This document shows, piece after piece, positions 47,535 to 57,905 of a stretch of DNA of 64,000 nt. The notes below the pieces were generated by a model. That model saw nothing but the letters and a program-made list of their open reading frames with translations. It was not told the DNA's origin and ran no database searches. The stretch's first letter is position 1; each line of letters starts with the position of its first letter. A program made the translations under genes and the position numbers. Origin of the DNA: Candidatus Latescibacterota bacterium (lineage in GTDB: Bacteria > Latescibacterota > UBA2968 > UBA8231); the NCBI GenBank assembly GCA_965215195.1, contig CBDCDC010000002.1:288001-352000 (forward strand), given 5' to 3'.

Positions 47535-47704
47535 AGAAGCGGTCTGCATCACCGCGCCTTTAGGCGCGACAAACCCCCGGCGGACCGCGTTGAGTAGCGG
47601 TCCAGCGGCCCTCGGAGGGAGTGGTTGTCGCGGGCGAGACGCCCTCGCTCCTCGATTGCTTGCTGCACACAAGGGACGGTTCGCGGAATTTTCAGACCGC
47701 TTCT
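47535..47704. mobile_element. 170-bp MITE-like element
   Basis: 12-bp TIR AGAAGCGGTCTG / CAGACCGCTTCT. Ends resemble those of the 40267 MITE. Confidence 0.6.
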
Positions 47705-47733
47705 TCTAGAAGGGGCGCGAAAAGGAAATCCAA

Positions 47734-48213
47734 ATGCAGTACTTGCGCTCGCTCAAGTTGCTCTTGGTCGTGGCGGTCGTCGGCGCGGTGCTCGCCTTTT
47801 TTGAACGGCAGCGCACGGCCGAGTACGGGCACCTTTTGGAACGGACGCATGCGCGGGGGCAGCCGCAGCTCAAGGGCACGTCCTTGCAGGAGCTGGCGCA
47901 GGTGTTGCTGGAGCTGTACCCAGAGGGTGCCGAAGCCAATCTGCTGATGGGGACGGCCCTAGCCGAGGAGGGGCAGTTGGCCGAGGCCCGGGCGCATCTA
48001 GAGCAAGCTATGCAAGTGGACCGGCGCAACTTGCAGCTACTCTTTTTGTACGCACGACTCTTGCTGGATATGGGAGAGGATGTGGAGAAAGTGCAAGCGG
48101 TAGTGGAAGAGTTGAGCCGGTACTTTCCGCGCTCGCGGGAAAAGGTGGAGCAGTACTTCGCGGAGGCTTCAAAGGGAAAGATGCGGTTTGGCGGGGATGA
48201 TCTTTATCATTGA
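47734..48213 (+). CDS. Membrane-anchored TPR protein
   Basis: N-terminal TM segment, ANLLMGTALAEEGQLAEARAHLEQA. Confidence 0.7.
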   Translation: MQYLRSLKLLLVVAVVGAVLAFFERQRTAEYGHLLERTHARGQPQLKGTSLQELAQVLLELYPEGAEANLLMGTALAEEGQLAEARAHLEQAMQVDRRNLQLLFLYARLLLDMGEDVEKVQAVVEELSRYFPRSREKVEQYFAEASKGKMRFGGDDLYH

Positions 48214-48225
48214 AACCGCGCCCGC

Positions 48226-49860
48226 TCAAGCCCCGTTGTGCAGGCGATTCTCGTAGATGTGAATCTGGTCGGCGTACTGCTCGTTGAGTTTGGCCAGCAA
48301 CGCATCAAAGCGCTCATGGGTCAGGTCTTGCAGCAGGTGGGATCGCACCCGGCCCCAGACCTCGTCGAAGCTCTGCTGGCGAGCGGGAATCTTGTTGAGC
48401 ACCTTGAAAACCGTAAACCCCTGCGCGGTCTTGACCGGGCCGACGATCTGGCCGACCTCAGCGTCTCTGGCCTCCCACCCCAAATTGCCGTACTTGTCGG
48501 GGCGCAAAAGCTGGATGCGCCCTTCGGCGCGGCGGATGCGGGTGCTGCGCCGGGAGTAGCGGCGGGCCAGCTCGCCGAGGTCGCCGCCGCGTTCGATGGC
48601 GGCCAACAGCGAGTCGGCTTGGGTGCGGGTATCGACGAGGATTTCGAGGATCGAGATCCGCTGCTCGCGCACGTAGAGGTTCTTGTGCGCCTCGTAGTAC
48701 GCGCGAATGGCCTCTTTGGATGGGTCGAGCGTTTCGAGCACTTTGACTTGGCGAATGCGCTCGACTAGGGCTTGGCGGCGCGTGTTTTCAATGCCCTTGG
48801 CCACGCGCTCGGCCTCGTGGATGCCTATTTCGCGGGCGTGGCGGGGCAACAAGACCTTGAGGGCATAGAGGCGACGGGCAAAGCGGCGCAAGTCGTCCAA
48901 TTCGCGGATCTCGGCCGGATTGCGCTCGCTGGTCATGGCCGCCATAAAGTTACTCAGCGTCCACGGCTCGTCGTCGAGCTCGAGCAGCACAAGCTGGGTC
49001 TCCCCCTTTTTGAACGTGGGCATTTCTTGGCCGGCTTCGCTGAGCCGGGCCAAGAGCAGCTCAAAGGTCTTGCGCCGTTCCTCAATGTCGGCGCGCTCGG
49101 CCAGCCCCTCGAGGAATTCAAAAGTGGCGATGGCGTGCTTTTGCTCCTGCATGGCCTCAACCACGGCCGGGGCCATACTCTCGAAGGACACGTCGCGCTC
49201 GTCGGTGACCACAAAGACCGAGAAGCCGTCTGGCTCCTGCACGGGACCAACGATCTCGCCGAGGTCGGCCCCAAAGAGCTGGCGGCGCAGAATGTAGTTT
49301 TTGAAGTCGAGGCGGCTCTTGTAGCCGAGGTCGCCGCCCTGCTGGGCGGTGTTGCCGTCGTCCGAGAGTTCGCTCGCGACCGCGGCAAAACTGTCCGGGC
49401 CGCGCAGGCGGGTGAGCACGTGGTCAATGGCGGCTGGCCCGCTGGCGAGGATGCGGCTGACGCGGCGCTGCTGGCCGAGGTGGTGCTGCTCAAAGTACTG
49501 GCGGGCCTCGTCGCGGCCTATGTCCTCGGCCACCGCGACTACGCCGCGACGGTACATTTCGGCGAGGATGAGCTCCTGTTCCCGCTGCGCGACTTTGCTT
49601 GTGACTTGGAAGTCGTTTTCGAGGCCTTCTTGGCGGGCCGCTAACAGCAAAACCTCAATGTCGATGAGCCGCTCGAGCGCTTGGCGCTGGAGGTCGCGCG
49701 GGGCGTTCTTGGGAAAGAGCCGCAAAGCAGCGCGCTCAACGCGCTCGCGCGTGATGCTGACGTCGCCGACGCGGGCGAGTACATCTGGGTTGGGCGGGGG
49801 TTCGGGGGAGGTGCAGGCGGGGAGTGCGGCAGTGAGCAACGAAAGAAAAAGACGCGGCAA
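48226..49860 (-). CDS. Peptidyl-prolyl isomerase (PpiC/SurA-like) lipoprotein
   Basis: LPAC lipobox, FAAVASELSDD...GGDLGY, two rotamase-like domains. Confidence 0.82.
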   Translation of the reverse strand: MPRLFLSLLTAALPACTSPEPPPNPDVLARVGDVSITRERVERAALRLFPKNAPRDLQRQALERLIDIEVLLLAARQEGLENDFQVTSKVAQREQELILAEMYRRGVVAVAEDIGRDEARQYFEQHHLGQQRRVSRILASGPAAIDHVLTRLRGPDSFAAVASELSDDGNTAQQGGDLGYKSRLDFKNYILRRQLFGADLGEIVGPVQEPDGFSVFVVTDERDVSFESMAPAVVEAMQEQKHAIATFEFLEGLAERADIEERRKTFELLLARLSEAGQEMPTFKKGETQLVLLELDDEPWTLSNFMAAMTSERNPAEIRELDDLRRFARRLYALKVLLPRHAREIGIHEAERVAKGIENTRRQALVERIRQVKVLETLDPSKEAIRAYYEAHKNLYVREQRISILEILVDTRTQADSLLAAIERGGDLGELARRYSRRSTRIRRAEGRIQLLRPDKYGNLGWEARDAEVGQIVGPVKTAQGFTVFKVLNKIPARQQSFDEVWGRVRSHLLQDLTHERFDALLAKLNEQYADQIHIYENRLHNGA

Positions 49861-50046
49861 AAAGGCCTCCTATTGAGATTTTTATCTATTCCAATAAATA
49901 TATTAGTGCCGTGTAAATTTGCTAAGTGCTAATTATGTGAGTGATGTTACCCTTGCGCGTCTAGCAAGTAGGGAATACCGATCGTTCACCCGGGCGCAAC
50001 GGCAGTTATGTTACTGTGGATGGGAAGCAATTCTGTAGCAACCAAA

Positions 50047-53000
50047 ATGATCCCAAGCAGACTTTCAACGTGCATCTTCGTCTTAGTGTGCGGCTGCACT
50101 GCGAGCGATCCACCGCCTGCGCCTGCCGTGCGCTTTGTCGATGCGACGGCTGAAGCCGGGATCGACTTTGTGCATACCAGCGGTCGCTCCGGGCGCAAAT
50201 ACGGGGTGGAGACCATTGGTTCGGGAGCGGCGTTTTTCGATTTCAATTGCGACGGGTGGATGGATTTGTACGTGGTCAATGGGGCGGATTTGCCCGGGTA
50301 CGCCTCGGCCGTGCCGCCAAAGAACGCGCTGTATCGCAACGATGGCGGGCACTTTGCCGAGGTCGGCGCACGTCTCGGGGTGGCGGACGCCGGCTACGGC
50401 ATGGGCGCGTCGGCCGGCGACTACGACAACGACGGCGACGCCGACCTCTTTGCGGCCAACTTTGGCCGCAACCGGCTCTATCGCAACGAAGGATCGGCCC
50501 TAACTTGGGCCTTTGCGGATGTGACGGCCGCGGCCGGGATCGGAGCAGACGAGCAGTGGTCAACTGGCTCGTCGTTTGTCGATTACGACCTCGATGGCGA
50601 CTTAGACCTGTACGTGGCGAATTACTTGCACTACGAATTTGAGCGCGGCGAACTGAGCGCGGGCGGAACGCTGCGCTGGCCGCGGCGGCACTTGGCGCCC
50701 ACCGAATATCCGGGGCAGCCGAACGCGCTCTGGCGCAACGATGGCGGCCGCTTTGTGGATGCGACGGCCGCGGCCGGGCTGCTCACGCGCGCAGGCCGCG
50801 AGCTGGGCGCGGTGTTTTTCGACTGCGACCTCGATGGCGATCCCGATTTGTTTCAGGGCAATGACGCCACCGCGAATTTTCTCTGGCGCAACGACGACGG
50901 CCGCTTTGCCGAAGTGGGACTCGTGGCCGGGGTGGCGTACAATGCCGCAGGCAAGCCCGAAGGGACGATGGGCGTGGACGTGGCCGATGGCGATGGCGAT
51001 GGCCTTCTCGACTTGGCGATGACCAATTTCCAGTGGGAGAGCAACACCCTGTACCACAACGCGGGCGGCGGGATGTTTGCCGACGAATCGCTGGCCGCGG
51101 GCATAGCCGCCACCAGCTTGGATAAGCTGGCCTTTGGCATCAGCTTCCTCGACGCCGACAACGACGGCGACCCAGATCTCTACGTGGCCAATGGCCACAT
51201 CGACGAAGACATCGAGCGGTTTGATCCGCAGGCCGCGTACGGCCAGAGCGACCAGTTGTACCTCAACGATGGCCAAGGCCGCTTTGCCGACGCGAGTGCG
51301 GCGGCCGGCGTGGCCGCGCCGACGCGGGATTTGGTCGGGCGCGGCTCGGCCGTGGCCGATTACGACAACGACGGCGACTTGGATATTTTCTTGCTCAACA
51401 CCGGGCAACGCGCCCTGCTTTGGCGCAACGACACCCAAGCGGGGCACTACTTGGCGCTGGCGCTAGAGGGGCGAGCGAGCAACCGCGATGGCTACGGCGC
51501 CCGCGTGATGGTGCGCGTGGGCGGCCGGACGCTGGTGGCGGAAAAGCGCAGTGCGGCGAGCTATTTGTCGCAAAACGACGCGCGGATGTTTTTTGGGTTG
51601 GGGGCCAGCGAGGAGGCCGAGCAAGTGGAAATCGCGTGGCCGTCGGGCCTGCGCCAAGTTTTAACGGGTGTGCGCGCCGGGCAGGTGCTGCGGGTCGTCG
51701 AGCCGGAGGCGAGCGCAGCGCAAGAGGCGGTTGGCGCAACCCTCGCGCAGGCTGAGCCCCAAGGCCGCGAGGCCGAGGATCTGGAGCAATTTTGGCGGCA
51801 AGCACCCTTAGTCCTGCCGGAAAAAACGCGCGCTCCTCTGCCGGAGGTGGCTCCCCTGTCCGAGCTACGCGCCGCGGCCCGCGGCCAGCCGCAGGGGGTC
51901 GACGTCCACATTGAGCTGGCTGCCGGGCTTGTACGCGAGCGTGCGTACGACGAGGCAGAAGCCGCTTACCGCCGCGCCTTGCAAATTGACGCGGGCGCGG
52001 CCCAAGCCTACGTGGGCTTGGGGAAACTCTACGCCGATCGCGGGGCGCTAGGACAGGCAATCGCCGCCCTGAGACAAGCGATCGCGCTCGACAGCACCTT
52101 GGCCGAGCCGCACTACGCGCTGGGCAACATCCACCTGCGCCAACAGCGGTTGGCCGCGGCCGTGCCGCTCTACGAGCGCGCCATCGCGCTGTCGCCGCGC
52201 TATCTCCAAGCCTATTTCAACTTGGCCGGCTTGCACGCCCGGCAGACCGATTACGGCCCGGCCATCGCCGTATTGCGCCGGGGCCTCGCGGCCTTGCCCG
52301 AGGAAGTGGAGCTGATGCTGCAATTGGCGCGGATCTATTTTGTCCAAGCGCAATACGAAGACGCACTCGCCCAGCTCGCCAGCGTGGTGCAAGCGCAGCC
52401 CGCACGCGTTGAAGCACGCGATCTGACGGCCCAGATCTGGATGGCGCGCGAGGACGCGGATGCCGCCCGCGCCGCTTTGCAGCAGGGACTGGAACACGCC
52501 CCGGACAGCGCCGCGCTCTTGGGGCGGCTGGGCATCCTGCTCTTGCAGGAGGGCGCGGACGCCGAGGCCGTACCCCTTTTGCAGCGGGCCTTAGCCGCGG
52601 ACCCGGACCGTGCGGAAGTGTACTATCACTTGGGCCAGGCCTTGTTGCGGCGCGGCGAGCCCGTGCGCGGCCGCCAGCTCCTCGACTATTTCCACTCCTT
52701 GCAGCAGGAGCACCAAACGTTGCTGGCCCACAAGACGGCCGTGGTGCTCAACCCCAACGACGCGGACGCGTACTACAAATTAGGTGCGGTCTATGCGCGG
52801 ATTGGCCGCTACGAGGCCGCCCGCCAAGCGTACCAAGCGGCCTTGGCCGTGGCGCCAGACCATCTCGACGCCCGCAACAACTTGGGCAACATCTACCTGC
52901 GCCGCCGCGCATTGGGGCTGGCCATGGCCGCGTACCAAGAGGTCTTGCGCCGCAATCCCCACTACGCCCGCGCCCACTACAACTTGGGCAACGCATATCT

Positions 53001-53127
53001 GTTGGCCGGCGAGGAGGCGCGCGCCGCGGCGGCGTTTGCCCGAGCGGTCGCAGCCGACCCCGAACACCGCAAGGCGCAGCAGATGCTCGCCGAGCTGCGC
53101 AAGCGCGAGGCCCAAGATGGGCGCTGA
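50047..53127 (+). CDS. CRTAC1 (FG-GAP + ASPIC/UnbV) protein fused to TPR repeats
   Basis: FG-GAP repeats, SNRDGYGARV...SYLSQND..FFGLG...WPSG, C-terminal TPRs. Confidence 0.88.
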   Translation: MIPSRLSTCIFVLVCGCTASDPPPAPAVRFVDATAEAGIDFVHTSGRSGRKYGVETIGSGAAFFDFNCDGWMDLYVVNGADLPGYASAVPPKNALYRNDGGHFAEVGARLGVADAGYGMGASAGDYDNDGDADLFAANFGRNRLYRNEGSALTWAFADVTAAAGIGADEQWSTGSSFVDYDLDGDLDLYVANYLHYEFERGELSAGGTLRWPRRHLAPTEYPGQPNALWRNDGGRFVDATAAAGLLTRAGRELGAVFFDCDLDGDPDLFQGNDATANFLWRNDDGRFAEVGLVAGVAYNAAGKPEGTMGVDVADGDGDGLLDLAMTNFQWESNTLYHNAGGGMFADESLAAGIAATSLDKLAFGISFLDADNDGDPDLYVANGHIDEDIERFDPQAAYGQSDQLYLNDGQGRFADASAAAGVAAPTRDLVGRGSAVADYDNDGDLDIFLLNTGQRALLWRNDTQAGHYLALALEGRASNRDGYGARVMVRVGGRTLVAEKRSAASYLSQNDARMFFGLGASEEAEQVEIAWPSGLRQVLTGVRAGQVLRVVEPEASAAQEAVGATLAQAEPQGREAEDLEQFWRQAPLVLPEKTRAPLPEVAPLSELRAAARGQPQGVDVHIELAAGLVRERAYDEAEAAYRRALQIDAGAAQAYVGLGKLYADRGALGQAIAALRQAIALDSTLAEPHYALGNIHLRQQRLAAAVPLYERAIALSPRYLQAYFNLAGLHARQTDYGPAIAVLRRGLAALPEEVELMLQLARIYFVQAQYEDALAQLASVVQAQPARVEARDLTAQIWMAREDADAARAALQQGLEHAPDSAALLGRLGILLLQEGADAEAVPLLQRALAADPDRAEVYYHLGQALLRRGEPVRGRQLLDYFHSLQQEHQTLLAHKTAVVLNPNDADAYYKLGAVYARIGRYEAARQAYQAALAVAPDHLDARNNLGNIYLRRRALGLAMAAYQEVLRRNPHYARAHYNLGNAYLLAGEEARAAAAFARAVAADPEHRKAQQMLAELRKREAQDGR

Positions 53128-55567
53128 GCGGCGGCTACAGCTCGGGGTGGGGCTGGTGGCCGCGGCCGTCATTGGCTATGAAATCGGCCTCGTGCGGCTG
53201 TTTTCCTTTTTGCAGCACTATCACTACACGTTTCTCGTGGTCTCAGGGGCGGTCTGCGGCTTGGGGCTGGGAGCCGCGCTGAGTGCGGTGCTGCGCGTAC
53301 GGGAAGAGCGGCTGCACGGGCACTTGGGGAATTGGGCGGGCGGTTGCGGCGTCAGCATGCTCTGCGGTGCGTATGCCGTAGCCCAATTCCCCGGCATGCC
53401 GCTCCCGCTGCTGGTCGGCATCGCCGGCCTCCCCTTCATTGCTGCCGGCGCATTTCTCGCCTTGGCTTTCCGGGCGCGTTATCAACAGAGCCAAGTGCTC
53501 TACTTCTGGGACTTGGTCGGCGCGGCACTGGGCATACTCTACGTGGTGCCGGCCCTCGAATGGCTGGGCGGCGTCGGTGCCCTAGTGGGCGCGGGCGTCT
53601 TTGCCATGGTCGGCGCGGCTTTCTTTTTGCAGCGCCGGATATGGAGCGGCCCAATTATTTTAGCGACCGGGCTCGCCGTTTACAGCACCCAACAACGCGA
53701 ACTCATCGATCTCAGTGCCCTAGCTGCGGCCGGCGACAAGCCCATGTTCCGCGCCTTGGGCGCGGTGCAAAACCGCGGGGAAGTGAAGGCCACGCGCTGG
53801 AGCGCGTACGCGCGCACTGACTTGGTCGATCGCACGGGCGACACCGGCCTGAACTTGTACGTAGATGGCGGAGCTGGCTCGTACATGTTTCGCTTTCCCG
53901 GGGATTACCGGCGGCTGTTTTTCGTGCGCCGCGAGGCCGCGTTTTTCCCCTATTACTTTTCGCCCCGCGAGCGCGCCCTGATCATCGGGCCGGGTGGCGG
54001 TGCCGACGTGCTCTACGCGCTGATGACTGGCTGGCGGCAGATCGAAGCCGTAGAGATCAACCCGGAGATCGCCGCGCTGGTCCGCTCATACGGAGAGTAC
54101 AACGGCCACTTGTACGACTTGGAAGGCGTGGACCTGCACATCGGCGATGGCCGCAACTATCTGGAGCGTTCCCGAGCGCGCTACGATCTAATCGCCCTGC
54201 CCTTGGTGTATGCCGAGGCGGCCGATTTGGTGGGGTACGCGCTCTGCGAGAACTATCTGTTCACCCGCGAGGCGTTTGCCGCCTATCTCGACCACCTCGC
54301 CGAGGGCGGCCGGCTGGCCCTCGTAGTCCACAATCACGCGCTGATGTTGCGCGTGGTCGCCACCTTGGGCTCCCTGTGGCAAGAGCGCGGCCACGACCCG
54401 AGCGCGGTCCTCGACCACCTCGTCGTCGTCAATGGCTCTCTCGGCGATCCAACGCGGCAAGAGGCTCACCGCCCGCTGCTGCTGGTGCAACAGCAGCCCT
54501 ATACGGCCGAGCAATTGGCGCGTCTACACGCGGTCATGGAGGAGCTGGGTTTAGACGCGTATTTCTCGCCCGGCCGGCGCGAGCGGCCCGCGCTGGCGGC
54601 CTTGCGCGGATCTACCTTGACGGATTTTGTCGCTGCATCCGCGCTCGACATCTCGCCGACGACCGACGATCGGCCCTTTTTTTACGACGCTACTCGCGGG
54701 CTGGATTCCAAGCTAACCCGCCTGTTGGGCGGCGCGTTGTTGGCGTGCGCGCTGGTGATGTTGGCCCCGCTTGGGGTAGCGAATATGCGCCAGCCGAGCG
54801 CGTCTGGACCGCGGCCCCTGTTGTGGGCGCTGTTCGCGGCCGGGTTGGGCGCGGGCTTTATGATGGTAGAGATCCATCTCTTGCAGCGCTTTGGCCTGTT
54901 CTTAGGCTATCCGACCCTGACGCTGGCAGTCGCGCTCTTCGGGCTGTTGCTGGGCACGGGGGCCGGGAGTCTCGCCGGCGGATGGTGCCGCCCGCTCGCG
55001 CACCCGCGGGGGTTGGGGTTGGTCGGCGCGGTCGTCGGCCTTGTCTGTTATCTCTATGGGTTCTTGCTCAACGGCGCGCTCGCTGGGGCGTTGGCGTGGT
55101 CCCTGCCGGCGCGGGTAGGGCTGACATTGGCCCTCGTCGCGCCGCTCGGAATGTTGCTGGGGACCTGCTTCCCGGCCTGTCTGCGCTTGGGCGGTACACA
55201 ACGCGCCGGACTCGTCCCTTGGCTGTGGGCCGTCAATGGTTTCTTCTCGGTGCTCGGATCGGTCGGGGCCGTGGCTTTGGGCATGGAGTGGGGAGCGAGC
55301 GCATCGTTGGCGGTCGGCGCGGCCGCGTATGGGGCGGTGGGTAGCGCGCTCTTCTTGGGCAGTCGCCGAATTTCTTCGGGTGCGGAGGTGGTCCGCCCAG
55401 CCGGCGCGGGCCGCTGGGCGGCGGGTGTCCTGCTCTTGGTGGCGCTGCTGTGGTATGCGGCCTTTAGCTTTATCGGTGTGCGCTATTGGGGCGCAACCCC
55501 TTCGGCTGCTCATCCGCGCCCGCCGGTTGCAGCCGAGGTGTGGCCAGACGCGCTGCGAGCTTTTTGA
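53117..55567 (+). CDS. Membrane protein with spermidine-synthase-like SAM-dependent domain
   Basis: LIIGPGGGAD, VEINP, GDGRNYL, ENYLFTREAF, TDDRPFF, flanked by TM blocks. Confidence 0.82.
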   Translation: MGAERRLQLGVGLVAAAVIGYEIGLVRLFSFLQHYHYTFLVVSGAVCGLGLGAALSAVLRVREERLHGHLGNWAGGCGVSMLCGAYAVAQFPGMPLPLLVGIAGLPFIAAGAFLALAFRARYQQSQVLYFWDLVGAALGILYVVPALEWLGGVGALVGAGVFAMVGAAFFLQRRIWSGPIILATGLAVYSTQQRELIDLSALAAAGDKPMFRALGAVQNRGEVKATRWSAYARTDLVDRTGDTGLNLYVDGGAGSYMFRFPGDYRRLFFVRREAAFFPYYFSPRERALIIGPGGGADVLYALMTGWRQIEAVEINPEIAALVRSYGEYNGHLYDLEGVDLHIGDGRNYLERSRARYDLIALPLVYAEAADLVGYALCENYLFTREAFAAYLDHLAEGGRLALVVHNHALMLRVVATLGSLWQERGHDPSAVLDHLVVVNGSLGDPTRQEAHRPLLLVQQQPYTAEQLARLHAVMEELGLDAYFSPGRRERPALAALRGSTLTDFVAASALDISPTTDDRPFFYDATRGLDSKLTRLLGGALLACALVMLAPLGVANMRQPSASGPRPLLWALFAAGLGAGFMMVEIHLLQRFGLFLGYPTLTLAVALFGLLLGTGAGSLAGGWCRPLAHPRGLGLVGAVVGLVCYLYGFLLNGALAGALAWSLPARVGLTLALVAPLGMLLGTCFPACLRLGGTQRAGLVPWLWAVNGFFSVLGSVGAVALGMEWGASASLAVGAAAYGAVGSALFLGSRRISSGAEVVRPAGAGRWAAGVLLLVALLWYAAFSFIGVRYWGATPSAAHPRPPVAAEVWPDALRAF

Positions 55568-55680
55568 TGCTCAAGTGAACGGAAGGGGTTTGAATCAACG
55601 GACTCATCCGACTTGGTAGCAGCAATTGACGCAGCACCGTTATATTCTTAGTGTCGCTCCAGTCGATATAGGAGAAAAAA

Positions 55681-55914
55681 ATGAGGTGCCTAATCTGTCA
55701 CGGAGAGGATATTCAGACTAAGCAAGTTCGAGAAGAGATTAAGGTAGATAAGAATATCATATACATTCCTATCCAAACGCCAGTTTGCCATACATGTGGG
55801 GAAAGATACTACAATCGCCGCACCGTGCGTTACTTGGAGGAAATGGAGCATAAGCTCCAATCAAGTAAGATACACCTCCAAGAAGTAGGAAAAGTGTTGG
55901 AACTGATGGTGTGA
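55681..55914 (+). CDS. YgiT-type zinc-finger protein (orphan antitoxin-like)
   Basis: MRCLICHG...VCHTCGERYY, AGGAG RBS. Confidence 0.8.
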   Translation: MRCLICHGEDIQTKQVREEIKVDKNIIYIPIQTPVCHTCGERYYNRRTVRYLEEMEHKLQSSKIHLQEVGKVLELMV

Positions 55915-56007
55915 ATCAAGTAAGTGCTGTTGTCGGTAACGATAGCCGATTTTCGGATCACTTACTGCTATCCCTCTCATTTATCCACCCCCTTCAGGAG
56001 CGTCCCC

Positions 56008-56673
56008 ATGAACGCACCCGCCGATTCCTATCCCCTTCGCTTTGCCGTCGATTATCCCGACCGGCCCCTCAATCGCCTCACGACCTTCTTCCGGCTGCTT
56101 ACTGTCATTCCCATTTTTATTGTCTTGGCCTGTATTGACGCCAGTTTTATTATGCAGTACTTCTCCGATCCCTTTTTCGGATGGGACCAAGACAAAGGCT
56201 GGAATTGGGGAGCTTCCAGCGGCCTTGGCCTACTCTTTGTCCCGATCCTACTCATGCTGCTCTTCCGTCGTAAGTATCCCCGCTGGTGGTTCGACTGGAA
56301 CCTTGAACTCCTGCGCTTCTCCTCCCGAGCCTCAGCCTACTTAGGGCTGCTGCGCGACGAATATCCCTCCACCGACGAGGAACAGGCTGTCCACCTCGAC
56401 ATCGACTATCCAGATGCCCAGCAAGATCTCAACCGCTGGTTGCCCCTAGTCAAGTGGTTTTTGGCCATTCCCCACTACATCGTCCTATTCTTACTCGGAG
56501 TCGTGGTTTTGCTTTGCCTTATCGGGGCTTGGTTCGCCATCCTCTTTACCGGGCACTACCCTCGCGCCTTGTTCGACCTAATCGTCGGTTTCAATCGCTG
56601 GTGGCTGCGCGTTATCGCATACGCTTTTATTTTAGTCACCGACCAGTACCCGCCCTTCCGGCTGTCTGACTAG
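56008..56673 (+). CDS. DUF4389 membrane protein
   Basis: Duplicated LNR...KWFLAIPH / YPR.LFD / DQYPPF motifs. Confidence 0.85.
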   Translation: MNAPADSYPLRFAVDYPDRPLNRLTTFFRLLTVIPIFIVLACIDASFIMQYFSDPFFGWDQDKGWNWGASSGLGLLFVPILLMLLFRRKYPRWWFDWNLELLRFSSRASAYLGLLRDEYPSTDEEQAVHLDIDYPDAQQDLNRWLPLVKWFLAIPHYIVLFLLGVVVLLCLIGAWFAILFTGHYPRALFDLIVGFNRWWLRVIAYAFILVTDQYPPFRLSD

Positions 56674-56681
56674 GGCTGCTT

Positions 56682-57040
56682 ATGACCGCCTTTCCCAACT
56701 TGCGCCTCGCCGCTCCGCCCTCCAATCGGGATGCTTGGGAAGCTCAACGCCCTGCTCTCTTGGAGGCCATGCAGCAGATTATGGGGCCTTTGCCCGGGCC
56801 AGAAAGGCGCGATCCGCTCGACATCCAAGTCCAAGAGGAAACAGACTGCGGCTCTTACACCCGCCGCCTCATTACCTACGTCTCCGAGCCGGACTGTCGG
56901 GTGCCGGCGAGGCCCTGCAAGTGGTCCATCCCGACTGCGGCCACGACTTTCCCGACGCCATCCGCCAGCGGGCTTACCGCTTTATCGCCGAGGCATTGGG
57001 CCGTTTGGGATCTTTTGACGTCGAAGAGGCCACAGGTTAG
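56682..57040 (+). pseudogene. Alpha/beta hydrolase with large internal deletion
   Basis: N-terminus ...ITYVSEPDCRVPA jumps at GCCGGC (about 56903) to C-terminal HPDCGHDFPDAIRQRAYRFI in another frame. Confidence 0.65.
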
Positions 57041-57128
57041 CTTCAATGGCAATCGAGACGTGTTGAATGCGATGCTTAAACACAACACAGCGTAGAGTTC
57101 ATCGTCGATCCCTCCAAGAGGATGAGGC

Positions 57129-57623
57129 ATGAGCGATAATTACCACAGCTATCAGTTGCTATTGAAAGACGCGGCTCTGCTTTACGAGAAGCACGACGTC
57201 GGATGCCCGGATCCTAGGGACCGTTCTGCAAAGGAGCTATGCTATCGGTTGAGCACAGCTACTAGGATCGAAGTTAGAACCGAATCTGGTCGTATCTGGT
57301 TTGGAGTCTATTGCTCCGAAGAGGCATACGACGAACTCAAAAAAGCACTGGAGGGAGTGAGTGGTGTTAGAACAAACAGGTGGTATCCTTGGTATCGGCA
57401 CACTAACGCGGCTCCGAATAACCCAGACCATTTTAAGCTGCTTGCAAACGATAAAGATCGGCAGGAGTACGCGAAAAAAATAGCACAAGAAATCGCAGAA
57501 CACTTGAAGGAGCTTTTGGAAGTTCTTGAAGATATGGCTCTGGTTAATGCAATCAAAGAAGGAGAAAAAACAGAGCTTGTCTCCGAAGAACAGATATTTG
57601 AGATATTAGAAAGGATATCTTGA
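57129..57623 (+). pseudogene. Chimeric ORF: fragments of unknown/PD-(D/E)XK-like gene fused to an antitoxin C-terminus
   Basis: C-terminal LEDMALVNAIKEGEKTELVSEEQIFEILE resembles RelE-partner antitoxins. The upstream part is unrelated. Confidence 0.45.
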
Positions 57624-57626
57624 ATT

Positions 57627-57889
57627 TTGAAAGTCTTATTCAGAAGCAGTTTTGGAAGAGACCTCAGACACATCCGAAATCGATCTATTGGAGAGCGCGT
57701 CAAGGCAGCGATAGAGCAAGTCAAGGAAGCAAACGATCTTACAGAGATAAGTGATGTCCGAAAACTCCGCGGCGGCAACCATTACCGAGTGCGGATCGGC
57801 TACTATAGGCTTGGATTTCAATTCAATGAGGGCACCGTAACTTTCGTATGATGTTTGCCGCGCCGAGATTTTACCAACACTTTCCCTAG
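57627..57889 (+). pseudogene. relE: RelE/ParE toxin with premature stop and frameshift
   Basis: SFGRDL...RKLRGGNHYRVRIGYYRLG...FV*CLPRRD, then YQHFP* in a shifted frame. Confidence 0.75.
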
Positions 57890-57905
57890 CCACTTCACCT
57901 ACCTA

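Noticed and set aside
57849-57851. In-frame TGA in relE as selenocysteine or readthrough
   Set aside because: The position normally holds Arg (likely CGA>TGA), and a second frameshift follows.
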